Positions 8,852 to 17,981 of a DNA stretch of 64,000 bases are shown here, piece after piece (the stretch's first letter is position 1; every line of letters begins with the position of its first letter). A program made the position numbers and the translations under genes. The DNA is from Candidatus Hydrogenedentota bacterium (GTDB taxonomy: Bacteria; Hydrogenedentota; Hydrogenedentia; Hydrogenedentales; JAEUWI01), in assembly GCA_034669905.1 (NCBI GenBank), contig JAXMOL010000001.1, positions 192,001-256,000 on the forward strand, in the 5' to 3' direction. The notes under the pieces are model-generated. The model was not told the DNA's origin. It ran no database searches and saw only the letters and a list, made by a program, of their open reading frames with translations.

Positions 8852-11326
8852 TTACTTCTTCAACGCTTCGATTGCACGGGGCCGAAATACGGTGTGGTAG
8901 AGCGTGTGGATATATTGGTCCAGGGCCCCACGATTCATAACGTCCAGATGGTCCCAGAAAGAATAGGTATTGGCCAGTCGAAGGACCTTGGCCGCGTGGG
9001 AACTCCAGAGGAAGGCGGCGCGCACCCGCGCGATACCTTCCCGACTGTAGTGCTCCCACCGGTCCCCGTTGGTCAGGACGCCGTAAAGCGCCTCGGCCAT
9101 ACGTTCATGATCATTGGGATTAACCACTTCGCCCGACTTCTTGTCTTCCACGATTTCTGCCGGGCCACCGAAACAGGTGACCACCACGGGCACGCTGCAG
9201 GCCATGGCTTCGATGACCGTGAGGCCGAAGGTCTCCATGAAGGCCGGCTGAGAGAAGACCCCGCGGCGGTCCGCGACCAGCCGGTAAATTTCGCCCGTCT
9301 CCACCTTGTCGAGTCGGGCGGCGCACCAGCGCAGGGAGCCTTCCAACTGATAGTGATCAATCAAGTCATACATACGTTGCAACTGATCGATTTCCTCCTG
9401 GTCACTGGAATCTTCAATGCGGGTGATAGAGGACATAATAACAAGATTGGCCACCTTTCGCAGCGCGTCGGATTTTCCGAACGCTTCGATGATACCCGGG
9501 AGGTTCTTTACCTTGTCCACCCGTGACATGGCGAAGATGGGGGGCAAGTCGGGATTCGTCAGGTGGCCGATGCAGTTTTCGGCCGGTTGGGGCGCAAAGA
9601 GAAGCTTCTCCAGGCGTTCGCAGACACCAGTAAGACGCCGCGTCGTCTCCGATGCAGGGAAAAAGTGCTCTTCACTGACCCCGGGCGGCACAATGTTGTA
9701 TCGGGCCAGGGTCAGGTCCATGCCCGACGTCACGCGGTACAACCCGGGCATGGAAAAGGTTTCGTAGCTTTCGAACATACCCATCTCATTGTCCGTGCCG
9801 CCTATCTCGCGGTAGGAACTGCTGATAATAAAGTCGGCGGCGTTGTAGGCAATCATATCCGCTGTGAACTGGCAGGAGAAATGATACTCTGCTTCCATAT
9901 CGGCCCAGTAAAGATCGCTCAAGAGGTATTTTGTCTTTTCCAGGGCATGGACTGCCGCGCAGTGGGTCGTTCCCAGATCTTCGGCGAGGCGATGGGCCAC
10001 CAGATTGCCATCGCTGTAGTGGCCGATGATGAGATCGGGCACCGACATGAACTCCCCCACCACCGTTTCCCGCGCCTGCAGGGCGAAGTCCTCCAGGTAG
10101 GGCCAGATGTGGAACCGGGAAATCCAGGACGGATGAATGCTTTCATCGGGGTTTCGAAAGGGGACCCGTACGATCCAGCAGTGATCACTCCCGATTACTT
10201 TCTCCCGCGCCTGGTTGCAGGTCGTGCCTTCGGCATCGGGGATCAGGCGGGTCAGAATGGCGATGTGGGGGATCATTTCTTCCAGGCCACTCTCGTAGAA
10301 GCGCGCCTTCAGCTCCCGCTCAATGGCACGGGCCTGATCGAGCACATAGGTCACCTGGCCACCCGTGTCTGGCTTGCCGAGGACATCGTGTTGGGCGAAC
10401 CAGCCATGGGGGCTTACCATCACCACTGTACGGGTCAAGGGCAACGCCGCCAGCAGGCGCTCCAGGCGATCGGGGTCGGCGGATTCCAGGACCTGGGACA
10501 GGGTGCTCAGCCGTTCACGGACGCCTTCCAGGCTTCGCCCCCATCCCGGCTCAAAACCATGAATGCGCAGCAGGTGGGTCACGCCATCGTCGATGATTCC
10601 GTCGCCCCGGTCGGCCAAATCCTGTAATACGGCCTCGATCTGTTCCACCAACACTTCGTGGGAGGTAATATAGTCGTTGAGGAAGAGGTTGTGATTCTCG
10701 AGTCGAAACTTTCGCAGGAAATCGGTGAGTGCCGCGCGAAAATGATCGGGCTGCTGATATGTGGTGCCCGCGAGGTGGCGGTTGAGCACCGAAATACCCG
10801 CGCCCATGGCCCGGGCTTCCTGCGTCTTGGGATAGTTGAGAAAGAACGGTCGGAAATCGATGGTGAGTCCGGTGCGGCTGGCTTCCGATTGCCCCTGGAT
10901 AAAGGCGTCTTTCACCCGCAGGTATTCGCCCCGTTCCACCGCTTCGAAGCGCCCCAACTCCGGATGAGAACGGACGATCCGTTTCTGGCCGATCCTGGGT
11001 CGCAGCAAGAGGTAATCATAGATGTCGCCAAAGAATATCTCCTGACAACCTCGAAGCAATTTACGCAGGCCGCGCTCCGTCGCTTCTTCCAGGGCGGCAT
11101 CCGTTTCGATAAAACTGTCCAACGCTTCCTGTACCCGGTCGCGCAGGACGATGGTATCGCCCACTTCGCGGAGTTGGGACAGAAAACGCAGGGCCGCCAC
11201 CGCCGCCAGGTCTACCTCTGGCTGGAGCGCGCGGGAAAAGCCCAACGCGGCCGCGCCTGCGGGGCGAGCTGGATTCCCGCCATCGGGGTCCAAAATGGGC
11301 TGTATGGTATCTCGTCTAACAGACAC
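8852..11326 (-). CDS. sus: Sucrose synthase (GT4)
   Basis: FEPGWG, SPHGWFAQHDVLGKPDTGGQVTYVLDQ, HALEKTKY, ETFGLTVIEAM; GTG 11326 follows AAGGAGG (ORF-track extension to 11527 overlaps the upstream gene). Confidence 0.93.
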   Translation of the reverse strand: MSVRRDTIQPILDPDGGNPARPAGAAALGFSRALQPEVDLAAVAALRFLSQLREVGDTIVLRDRVQEALDSFIETDAALEEATERGLRKLLRGCQEIFFGDIYDYLLLRPRIGQKRIVRSHPELGRFEAVERGEYLRVKDAFIQGQSEASRTGLTIDFRPFFLNYPKTQEARAMGAGISVLNRHLAGTTYQQPDHFRAALTDFLRKFRLENHNLFLNDYITSHEVLVEQIEAVLQDLADRGDGIIDDGVTHLLRIHGFEPGWGRSLEGVRERLSTLSQVLESADPDRLERLLAALPLTRTVVMVSPHGWFAQHDVLGKPDTGGQVTYVLDQARAIERELKARFYESGLEEMIPHIAILTRLIPDAEGTTCNQAREKVIGSDHCWIVRVPFRNPDESIHPSWISRFHIWPYLEDFALQARETVVGEFMSVPDLIIGHYSDGNLVAHRLAEDLGTTHCAAVHALEKTKYLLSDLYWADMEAEYHFSCQFTADMIAYNAADFIISSSYREIGGTDNEMGMFESYETFSMPGLYRVTSGMDLTLARYNIVPPGVSEEHFFPASETTRRLTGVCERLEKLLFAPQPAENCIGHLTNPDLPPIFAMSRVDKVKNLPGIIEAFGKSDALRKVANLVIMSSITRIEDSSDQEEIDQLQRMYDLIDHYQLEGSLRWCAARLDKVETGEIYRLVADRRGVFSQPAFMETFGLTVIEAMACSVPVVVTCFGGPAEIVEDKKSGEVVNPNDHERMAEALYGVLTNGDRWEHYSREGIARVRAAFLWSSHAAKVLRLANTYSFWDHLDVMNRGALDQYIHTLYHTVFRPRAIEALKK

Positions 11327-11465
11327 TTCAACCTCCTTCGTTTGGCATCTCGTTTCTGTATCGTTCGATGAGGCCCCGGCCCTGGGACCAGAACCGGTAG
11401 TCCCCCGCACCCACGGGCTGCGGACTCCCCGAAAGTACGGTGAGGGCCCGGGTAAGGTTATCCGT

Positions 11466-12449
11466 TTATTCCGCGTCGTAGCGCAGGCCCCACTGACTGC
11501 GGACACGATCCAAGGTCTGGATAACACGCTGGCTCATGGACCAGGGCACGGTCGCGCAATGGGTGTGACCTGCCAGGATACCTTCCGTTACCGCCTGCGC
11601 CTCCAGATGGTAACCATACCCCTGGCGCTCGTAACGGCGGGTCACCGGACGACCTTCCCGGGTAACGATATAGTAATCCGGTTGGGAAAATTGTTCAGGG
11701 ATTTCGATGACCCCCTCGTCCCCGATGATAGTCGCCCCCTGGGAGGGCGCTTCATCCAGCGAAAAGTGCACGCTGGCATGTTGGCCTTCGCCGTAATCCA
11801 GGGCGAGCGAAGCGGTCATATCGACCCCCGTAGGTGCCGGTCGCCATTCCGACTGGATAGCACGGGGTTCCCGGCCGAAAATCATATCGGCAAAGGCCAC
11901 GGTGTAAATCCCGATATCCAGAAGCGCACCGCCCCCCAGGGCCGGGTCAAAAATCCGGCTGGCGGGATCCGGGGTCGCCGGGTAGGAAAAACCCGCGCGC
12001 ACTTCACGAGGCACACCGATTTCGCCCCGTGCGATGTGATTCCTCAACGACCGAATGGCGGGAAAAAAGGCAGTCCAGAAGGCCTCCATGAGAAACTGGC
12101 CTGTCTCCTCGGCCGTGGCCACCATGCGATCCACCTGTTGACGGTTCATCGCGAGGGGCTTCTCACACAGGACCCCTTTGCCCGCTTCCAGGCACAGCAA
12201 GGTATCCTCACAGTGTCGGATGTTGGGCGTGGCCACATAGACCACATCGATCGCGGGGTCATTGGCCAGGGATTGGTAGTCCCCATAGCGGACGGGAATA
12301 CCATGATGGTCGCCGAAGGATTCGGCACGAAGGGCGGTACGGGAGGCGACGGCACGCAATTCGGCACGGGGAACAAGACGTAGGTCTTCGGCCATCTGGC
12401 GGGCGATATCACCCGTACCCAGGATTCCCCATGTCACCGTGCGGTCCAT
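11466..12449 (-). CDS. Gfo/Idh/MocA family oxidoreductase
   Basis: WGILGTGDIA, DVVYVATP, VLCEKP, GGGALLDIGIY. Confidence 0.92.
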   Translation of the reverse strand: MDRTVTWGILGTGDIARQMAEDLRLVPRAELRAVASRTALRAESFGDHHGIPVRYGDYQSLANDPAIDVVYVATPNIRHCEDTLLCLEAGKGVLCEKPLAMNRQQVDRMVATAEETGQFLMEAFWTAFFPAIRSLRNHIARGEIGVPREVRAGFSYPATPDPASRIFDPALGGGALLDIGIYTVAFADMIFGREPRAIQSEWRPAPTGVDMTASLALDYGEGQHASVHFSLDEAPSQGATIIGDEGVIEIPEQFSQPDYYIVTREGRPVTRRYERQGYGYHLEAQAVTEGILAGHTHCATVPWSMSQRVIQTLDRVRSQWGLRYDAE

Positions 12450-12555
12450 ATCACAGCAGCGGCTTCAACCCGAAGGCTGAAAACGTCGCGATGCCTCCTT
12501 TCCGTTGACTCAATCTGCGGCGCATTCGCGTCGAACAGAAATCATTCTTGTAGAA

Positions 12556-12588
12556 ACTATCTTAGCATGCGAAGATAGTATTGTTCAA
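12556..12588 (-). promoter_or_regulatory. Candidate sigma70 promoter (TTGAAC-N18-TAAGAT) overlapped by a 24-bp palindrome
   Basis: ACTATCTT-A-GCATGC-G-AAGATAGT at 12556-12579; -35 at 12583-12588 and -10 at 12559-12564 on the minus strand. Confidence 0.5.
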
Positions 12589-12920
12589 ATTTGTACGCGA
12601 CAATGTAAAGAATGAATTGCCTCGCCGGCTCGGGATGAACGGTTTTTCCCGTCACTTACATCTTCCTTTTCAGACGTGCATTTCTGCCAAGCCCACGCAT
12701 CAACAAATGGGCCGACGACTTCACGAATTCCGTGTACCGAGTCATAACCCTATCGCTTCTCGTCCGCCCCTGGGTCTGCAGACGCACGGTCTCAAGATGT
12801 TCTTCAAGTATGTCCCCCATGAAATCATAGACCCACCTCAATTATCTACTTGTTCACCCGCTCAATTATCTACTAGACTCCTACGCAGCGTTGGTTGCCC
12901 ACAGCGGGAGGGAAATTTCT

Positions 12921-14105
12921 GTGAAGCGAGGACATGTACCGCGTCGTGCGGCTCAGTTGGCCAATCTGGGTCTTTTCCTGGTGATTGTGGGGGTGTGCGG
13001 ATTCGTGGCGTGGCGGGCGAGTCAACTGCAGGTATTCGTCGTCCCGGAAAACTATATAGCGGGCTACGTCGAAGAAAGCGGGTTTCTGTGGAAGAAAAAA
13101 CAGGTGCGTGTCTTTTCGGCCGGGTCCCACCCAGTACTCGAAAATGAAACTGCGGCCGCTTCGCCTGCCTACCGGGTGGGCGATCAGGCCTTCGTCTTCG
13201 ACGCAACCGCGCCCATCAACGTCGCGTTGTGGAAGGATGCGAAGAATCTGCTGACCCGTAAGAAAGCGCCCATTATTCGCGTCTGCGGCGTAATCGAAGC
13301 TTCCGTAACAGCCCAAACCGTGGAAGCCCATTTGTTGTCCGACACGCCCATGTACCGCACCCTGCAAGGTGCTGTGGAGACGGTGCTCGCACACGCTGCC
13401 AAAGAGAATACCTCCGACAAAGATTCACTGGAGGGAGCCCTCCTCAATGGCCTCGAAGGGGAACTTCGGGGAGCGACGCACCTCGCAATCACCCGCGTTC
13501 GAATTGACACCATCGCCGAAGTCGATGCCATGACACCGACCCGCATCATCCATCCCCCTGATTTCGTGGTCGAGACGAATATCGTGAAGGAGACGCCGCC
13601 GTCTGCCTACACATCGGTCGGTCTGGCCCTGCTGGTGGGCGCGTCCATCTTTGTGGTCGTGCGGGCCCTGTTTGCCGATGTTATCGCCCTGATTCTGCTC
13701 ACGCCCTTTCAGTGGGTGGGTATGGTGGATAGCGTTCACTGGCGCGTGCCGGAAGACGCAGAGCGGACCAAAGAAAAAGGGGGATTTGTTCTGGATGGGA
13801 TAGGCGCACCCTCCCCTTCTTCCAGGGGACCCGAAAATGCTGCGCCCACCGCCGAGTCCGACCCCGTCGTGGGCCCCATAATGGACGCGGTGCCGTCCCC
13901 CGATGTTTCCGGTGGCGCCGTCGAGGGCCTGGGGGTTGGTGCGGAAGCCGCCGGAGAGCTCGCAGGCGGGGCGGCCGATGTCGCCACGGAAAGCGCCGCC
14001 GCGGCCGTGGAGGGAGTCTCTGAACTGGCGGGCGGCCTGGCAGAAGGCCTCGCCGGGGGATTAGCAGAAGGCCTCGGTGGTTGTCTTGGCGGAATTTTTG
14101 GTTGA
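12921..14105 (+). CDS. Hypothetical membrane protein; possible divergent SPFH/band-7-like N-domain and Gly/Ala/Glu-rich tail
   Basis: GTG after GGGAGG; two hydrophobic segments; VFVVPENY and AITRVRIDTI resemble SPFH edges; low-complexity C-terminus. Confidence 0.6.
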   Translation: MKRGHVPRRAAQLANLGLFLVIVGVCGFVAWRASQLQVFVVPENYIAGYVEESGFLWKKKQVRVFSAGSHPVLENETAAASPAYRVGDQAFVFDATAPINVALWKDAKNLLTRKKAPIIRVCGVIEASVTAQTVEAHLLSDTPMYRTLQGAVETVLAHAAKENTSDKDSLEGALLNGLEGELRGATHLAITRVRIDTIAEVDAMTPTRIIHPPDFVVETNIVKETPPSAYTSVGLALLVGASIFVVVRALFADVIALILLTPFQWVGMVDSVHWRVPEDAERTKEKGGFVLDGIGAPSPSSRGPENAAPTAESDPVVGPIMDAVPSPDVSGGAVEGLGVGAEAAGELAGGAADVATESAAAAVEGVSELAGGLAEGLAGGLAEGLGGCLGGIFG

Positions 14106-14217
14106 ATCGCTACGGCACGGGTGGCGTGAATACGATCGTGCCCTTGGTTTCGACCTGACCGCAGCGGGTCCGTGGAGGGAGTGGTCCATCTCCTTGGTTC
14201 TTTTGTGCAGTGACACG

Positions 14218-14252
14218 AAAAAGCCCGCGTCAAAACAAGGTTCGACGCGGGC
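14218..14252 (-). terminator. Intrinsic terminator downstream of tRNA-Lys
   Basis: GCCCGCGTC...GACGCGGGC stem followed by a T-run on the minus strand. Confidence 0.75.
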
Positions 14253-14264
14253 CGGAATGTAGAA

Positions 14265-14340
14265 TGGTGAACGGGGTGGGGCTCGAACCCACGACCACCG
14301 GATTAAAAGTCCGATGCTCTACCAACTGAGCTACCCGTTC
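14265..14340 (-). tRNA. tRNA-Lys(UUU)
   Basis: Reverse complement GAACGGGTAGCTCAGTTGGTAGAGCATCGGACTTTTAATCCGGTGGTCGTGGGTTCGAGCCCCACCCCGTTCACCA: 76 nt, cloverleaf, TTT anticodon, TTCGA loop, encoded CCA. Confidence 0.98.
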
Positions 14341-14392
14341 AAGAGATAGGAATCGACGTAGGGGCAGATTACCCCGTCGACTTGGGAGCGCT

Positions 14393-14422
14393 ATTGTACG
14401 TGAAGCAGGGGGAAAGAATCAA
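14393..14422 (-). promoter_or_regulatory. Candidate sigma70 promoter of tRNA-Lys
   Basis: TTGATT-N18-TACAAT about 50 nt upstream of the tRNA. Confidence 0.55.
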
Positions 14423-14738
14423 ATTGGGGCGCAAACTTTTTCGGAGGGTGCGTCGCTGAGGGCCTTCGTGTACCCGCTGAGAGCAGGGACCCCGGGGCCG
14501 GGCGGGGCCACGCGCCCCCTGGTTAGATGGGGCAATCGTTCAACATGTTGTCACCGCTGAACATTTTAGACCGAAATCGGGAGGGGGCTTCCGTGTCGGG
14601 TGCCGGGTTGCAGATTTCGGTCTCCGAAGTCCCCTGAGATGAATCCCCACTCTAACACCCTACTCTAGAGAGAGTTACAGACACCACCACCCCAATCCGG
14701 TAGATTCTTCGGGTGCCCTCATAGCCTGCGGCAAAATT

Positions 14739-14754
14739 TGGCGCGCTTCCTGCT
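14739..14754 (+). promoter_or_regulatory. Candidate sigma54 (-24/-12) promoter
   Basis: TGGCGCGCTTCCTGCT vs consensus TGGCACG-N4-TTGCW; GG/GC spacing correct. Confidence 0.6.
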
Positions 14755-14764
14755 CTATACCAGT

Positions 14765-14899
14765 CAGATGTTTCGCTGGCATCTTGGGAAAACATGCGGA
14801 ATCAGGGCGAAACAATCTTGTGTGTGAATGATGCGTTGTGCTGCGTCGTGTGCGAATTGGGACCTTTCCCCTTACGGGGGAAAGGTCCCAACTTATTTT
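14765..14899 (+). ncRNA. Candidate sigma54-dependent small RNA (~135 nt)
   Basis: Begins at the predicted TSS; 5' stem 14766-14776/14807-14818; GU-rich middle; 15-bp perfect terminal hairpin 14857-14891 followed by CTTATTTT. Confidence 0.5.
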
Positions 14900-14948
14900 C
14901 GGGGTATCGGGGCCAAGCCCTGACGGGGCGTTGGGAGTGGGGGTGCGC

Positions 14949-15977
14949 CTAACCGGCGACTTCGAAGAGGCCCTCAAGGGTATCGCTGAGATCGACCCGC
15001 AGGGTGGCGAGCTTGATGTCGGAGAGGGAAAGGTAGACCGACGAGGGGTGGGAGGCCAGATAGACGTCTTCGGTTACTTCATACACCCCATACCCTTCCA
15101 TGTTTGCGAGGGTGTTGGCGAGGCAAACGGTGTGGACGGCGCCGAGCCAATCTTTCACGGGGCACAGGGCGGGATTGTGGTGGAAGTAGACGGCGGCACG
15201 AAAGAGCGGGGGCATCTCCCAGGCCTGGCAGATAAGGAGCCCGATATGGGCGTGCAATCCGGCAATGATTTCCCGCATCAAGTCGGGATTACGTTGCAAA
15301 TCCTGGATGATCTTTTCCCGGGGGCTGGCAATCATTTCCAGGAGCAACACCTTACCAATATCGTGGACCAGCCCTGCGAGGAAGATGGCTTCCGAATCGG
15401 GGGCGAGGGTACTTCGGGCGATTTCATTGGCGCAGTGGGCGGTGGCAATGGAGTGACGCCATAACCGGGACATACTATTTTTGAGTCCCGTGTTGCCGGT
15501 GATAAAGAGGCTTCGGTTGGCCACCAGTTGTACCGTGTTGGCAATCGTCCGCATACCGAGGCGCGAACAGGCGGAATTGAGGTCGGTGATTTCCTGGAGC
15601 CCGCCGAAGGCCGCGCTGTTGGCCTGTTTCATGATAGCCAGTGCGACCACCGGATCTTCCCGGATCATCTCGGTGAGCTGGCTCATTTCGAAATCGGGGT
15701 CGCGGAGCAACTTCAGAATCCGCTGTGATACTTCGGGAAGTATGGGCAGCTCCTTCACGCCTTCGACGACCTGGGTAAGAAAGGCGGAGGCAATCGACCC
15801 CGGAGGGGCCACGCGGCGCATATCCGCGGCACCGGGCACCAGTTTGGCCTGCTCGGCCCCTTCGCGCCACTCGGTGAGCAAGGGATTGAAGCACGCGGAA
15901 CAAACGGATAGACCTGTGGTGTCGCCACCGGAAAAGGCTTCGCCTAGCGCGGCCTTACAAATCGGGCATTCGGGCAT
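14949..15977 (-). CDS. HDOD-domain protein with N-terminal CxxC...CxxC zinc ribbon
   Basis: LPILP, DPVVA...ANSA, LWRHS, AGLVHDIGK, HHNP; CPIC/CSAC; CAGGAG RBS. Confidence 0.9.
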   Translation of the reverse strand: MPECPICKAALGEAFSGGDTTGLSVCSACFNPLLTEWREGAEQAKLVPGAADMRRVAPPGSIASAFLTQVVEGVKELPILPEVSQRILKLLRDPDFEMSQLTEMIREDPVVALAIMKQANSAAFGGLQEITDLNSACSRLGMRTIANTVQLVANRSLFITGNTGLKNSMSRLWRHSIATAHCANEIARSTLAPDSEAIFLAGLVHDIGKVLLLEMIASPREKIIQDLQRNPDLMREIIAGLHAHIGLLICQAWEMPPLFRAAVYFHHNPALCPVKDWLGAVHTVCLANTLANMEGYGVYEVTEDVYLASHPSSVYLSLSDIKLATLRVDLSDTLEGLFEVAG

Positions 15978-16013
15978 GATAAACTCCTGTGCCGTATGCG
16001 GGTGCACGGGTAA

Positions 16014-17900
16014 TTATTCGGACAATGCGAGGACTTGTCGCAGGGGCCGCATTTCAAAGGTTCGGGGAGTATGTCGGAACACTTCATCAAATGTGGTGAG
16101 GCCGCGCACCACCTTGGCGCAGGCGTCTTCCCGCATACTGATGAGTCCCGTTGTCTCCACACTGAGTTGTCGTATCACGTGCGCCGACTTTTTCGCGAGG
16201 ATGGCCTCTTTTACCGGCTCGTTGAGCACCAGCAATTCGTAGGCACCCACGCGGCCCCGGTAGCCGGTATAGGCACAGTGATTGCACCCCCGTCCACGCT
16301 GGTACTCATATTGCCGCAGTTCATCGAGGGAAAGGCCGATGGTCTGGGCTTCCTTTCCGGTAGGCACATAGGGCGAGGTGCAGTGGGTGCAGATTCTTCT
16401 CAACAGACGCTGGGCCACCACGGAAACCACGGTGGACGAAATGAGGAAGGTCTCAATATCCATATCGATGAGCCGCAGCAGGCCACCGATGGTATCTTCG
16501 GTGTGAAAGGTGGAATAGACCTTGTGTCCGGTGAGGGCCGCTTGAATGGCCACCTGGGCGGACTCTTTATCCCGGATCTCGCCCATCACAATAATATCGG
16601 GGTCCTGACGCACAATCTCTCGTAAGGTCGAGTGAAAGGTACGCCCGATTTTCTCGTGAATGGAGCACTGGATAATACCCTCGATGGTAAACTCGACGGG
16701 GTCTTCTGCCGTGATAATCTTGGTGTTAATATCGTTGCAATAGGCAATGCTGCTGTAGAGGGTGGTCGTTTTACCGGAACCCGTGGGCCCGGTGTAGAGC
16801 ACGACCCCCGTGGGCGTATGCAACACATCTTCGCGGTAACGGGCAAGCATATTGGGCGCCATGCCCAGGTGATCCAGGGTCACCAGTGCCATCTCACGAT
16901 TGAGAATTCGCATGACCGCCGATTCACCGTAGACGGTGACATAGATGGAAATCCGCAAATCAACTTCGCGTTCGTCAAAGGAAAACTGGAATCGTCCGCC
17001 CTGGTGCCGCTGGTGCTCCGCAATATTCAGCTCAGACAAAATCTTCAGGCGTGAAATCAGCTTTACGAGCAGCTCTTTGGGCAAGTCGGTCTTGTACACC
17101 AACACGCCGTCAATCCGATAGCGGATGCGAACCACTTCCTCCATAGGCTCGATATGGATGTCGCTGGCCCCCTCTTGAATCGCTTCCTGAATAATATGGT
17201 TCAGGATGGGGACGATCGTATCTTCGGCTTCGCTGCCCCCTTGCCCCCCCCGGGCACCGCTGGGCACCCGTGTATTGTAGAAATCGCGAAGGCTCTGGTT
17301 GATGGTTTCTTTGGGGCCCAGAGCCAGTTTGAACTTGTCGCGATAGAGCTCCCGAATGGCCTGAAGGACACTGCGGTTATCCAATTCCGAAACGACGACC
17401 ATGACGGTACCCTCTTCGTTACGCGAAAAGGGCAAGAATCCATTCGTCATCAGAAATTCGGGAGAGGCACCACCCAGCACGTCTTTGTCGAGCATACTGG
17501 CGCTGGGCTCGATATAAGGAACTCCGGACTGGTGCGCCACGTTACGGAGGAGCGTGCGTTCATTGATGGCACCGAGACTGAGCAGGGCCTCGCCAAGGCG
17601 GATTCCTTGCTCTTGCTGGGTCTTGAGGGCGATGGAGAGCGTGTCGGCCGTAATGATGCCCTGCTCCACCAGCAGGTCACCCAATCGGAGGTTCCCCCCC
17701 TGGCTCGCGATGGCTTCCGTAAGGGCCTTGCGTTCGCCATAACCCAGATCGACCAGCACCTCCACGAGTTGCTTGGGATCTTCCAGCATGGATTGGACGC
17801 GGAGGGCCCGGGTTAATTGCTCTTTCGTTATGGCACCGGCCGCAACGAGGGCATCCCCTATGGCGGAATGAAGGGAATCATTGGGGGTACTGGATGCCAT
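16014..17900 (-). CDS. GspE/PilB-family assembly ATPase with MshEN-like N-terminus
   Basis: ASDIHIEP, Walker A GPTGSGKTT, EDPVE, RQDPDII.GEIRD, CTHC/CNHC, GYRGR. Confidence 0.95.
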   Translation of the reverse strand: MASSTPNDSLHSAIGDALVAAGAITKEQLTRALRVQSMLEDPKQLVEVLVDLGYGERKALTEAIASQGGNLRLGDLLVEQGIITADTLSIALKTQQEQGIRLGEALLSLGAINERTLLRNVAHQSGVPYIEPSASMLDKDVLGGASPEFLMTNGFLPFSRNEEGTVMVVVSELDNRSVLQAIRELYRDKFKLALGPKETINQSLRDFYNTRVPSGARGGQGGSEAEDTIVPILNHIIQEAIQEGASDIHIEPMEEVVRIRYRIDGVLVYKTDLPKELLVKLISRLKILSELNIAEHQRHQGGRFQFSFDEREVDLRISIYVTVYGESAVMRILNREMALVTLDHLGMAPNMLARYREDVLHTPTGVVLYTGPTGSGKTTTLYSSIAYCNDINTKIITAEDPVEFTIEGIIQCSIHEKIGRTFHSTLREIVRQDPDIIVMGEIRDKESAQVAIQAALTGHKVYSTFHTEDTIGGLLRLIDMDIETFLISSTVVSVVAQRLLRRICTHCTSPYVPTGKEAQTIGLSLDELRQYEYQRGRGCNHCAYTGYRGRVGAYELLVLNEPVKEAILAKKSAHVIRQLSVETTGLISMREDACAKVVRGLTTFDEVFRHTPRTFEMRPLRQVLALSE

Positions 17901-17981
17901 AGTTAGAACCTCTTTCCATGAGACAAGCGATGAATTCCGCACGAAATCCTGCCCGTGCCGTAGCCCCCGTCACGGGTCACG

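Noticed and set aside
12600..14340. Genomic island integrated at tRNA-Lys
   Set aside because: No integrase, and no duplicate of the tRNA 3' end was seen in the window
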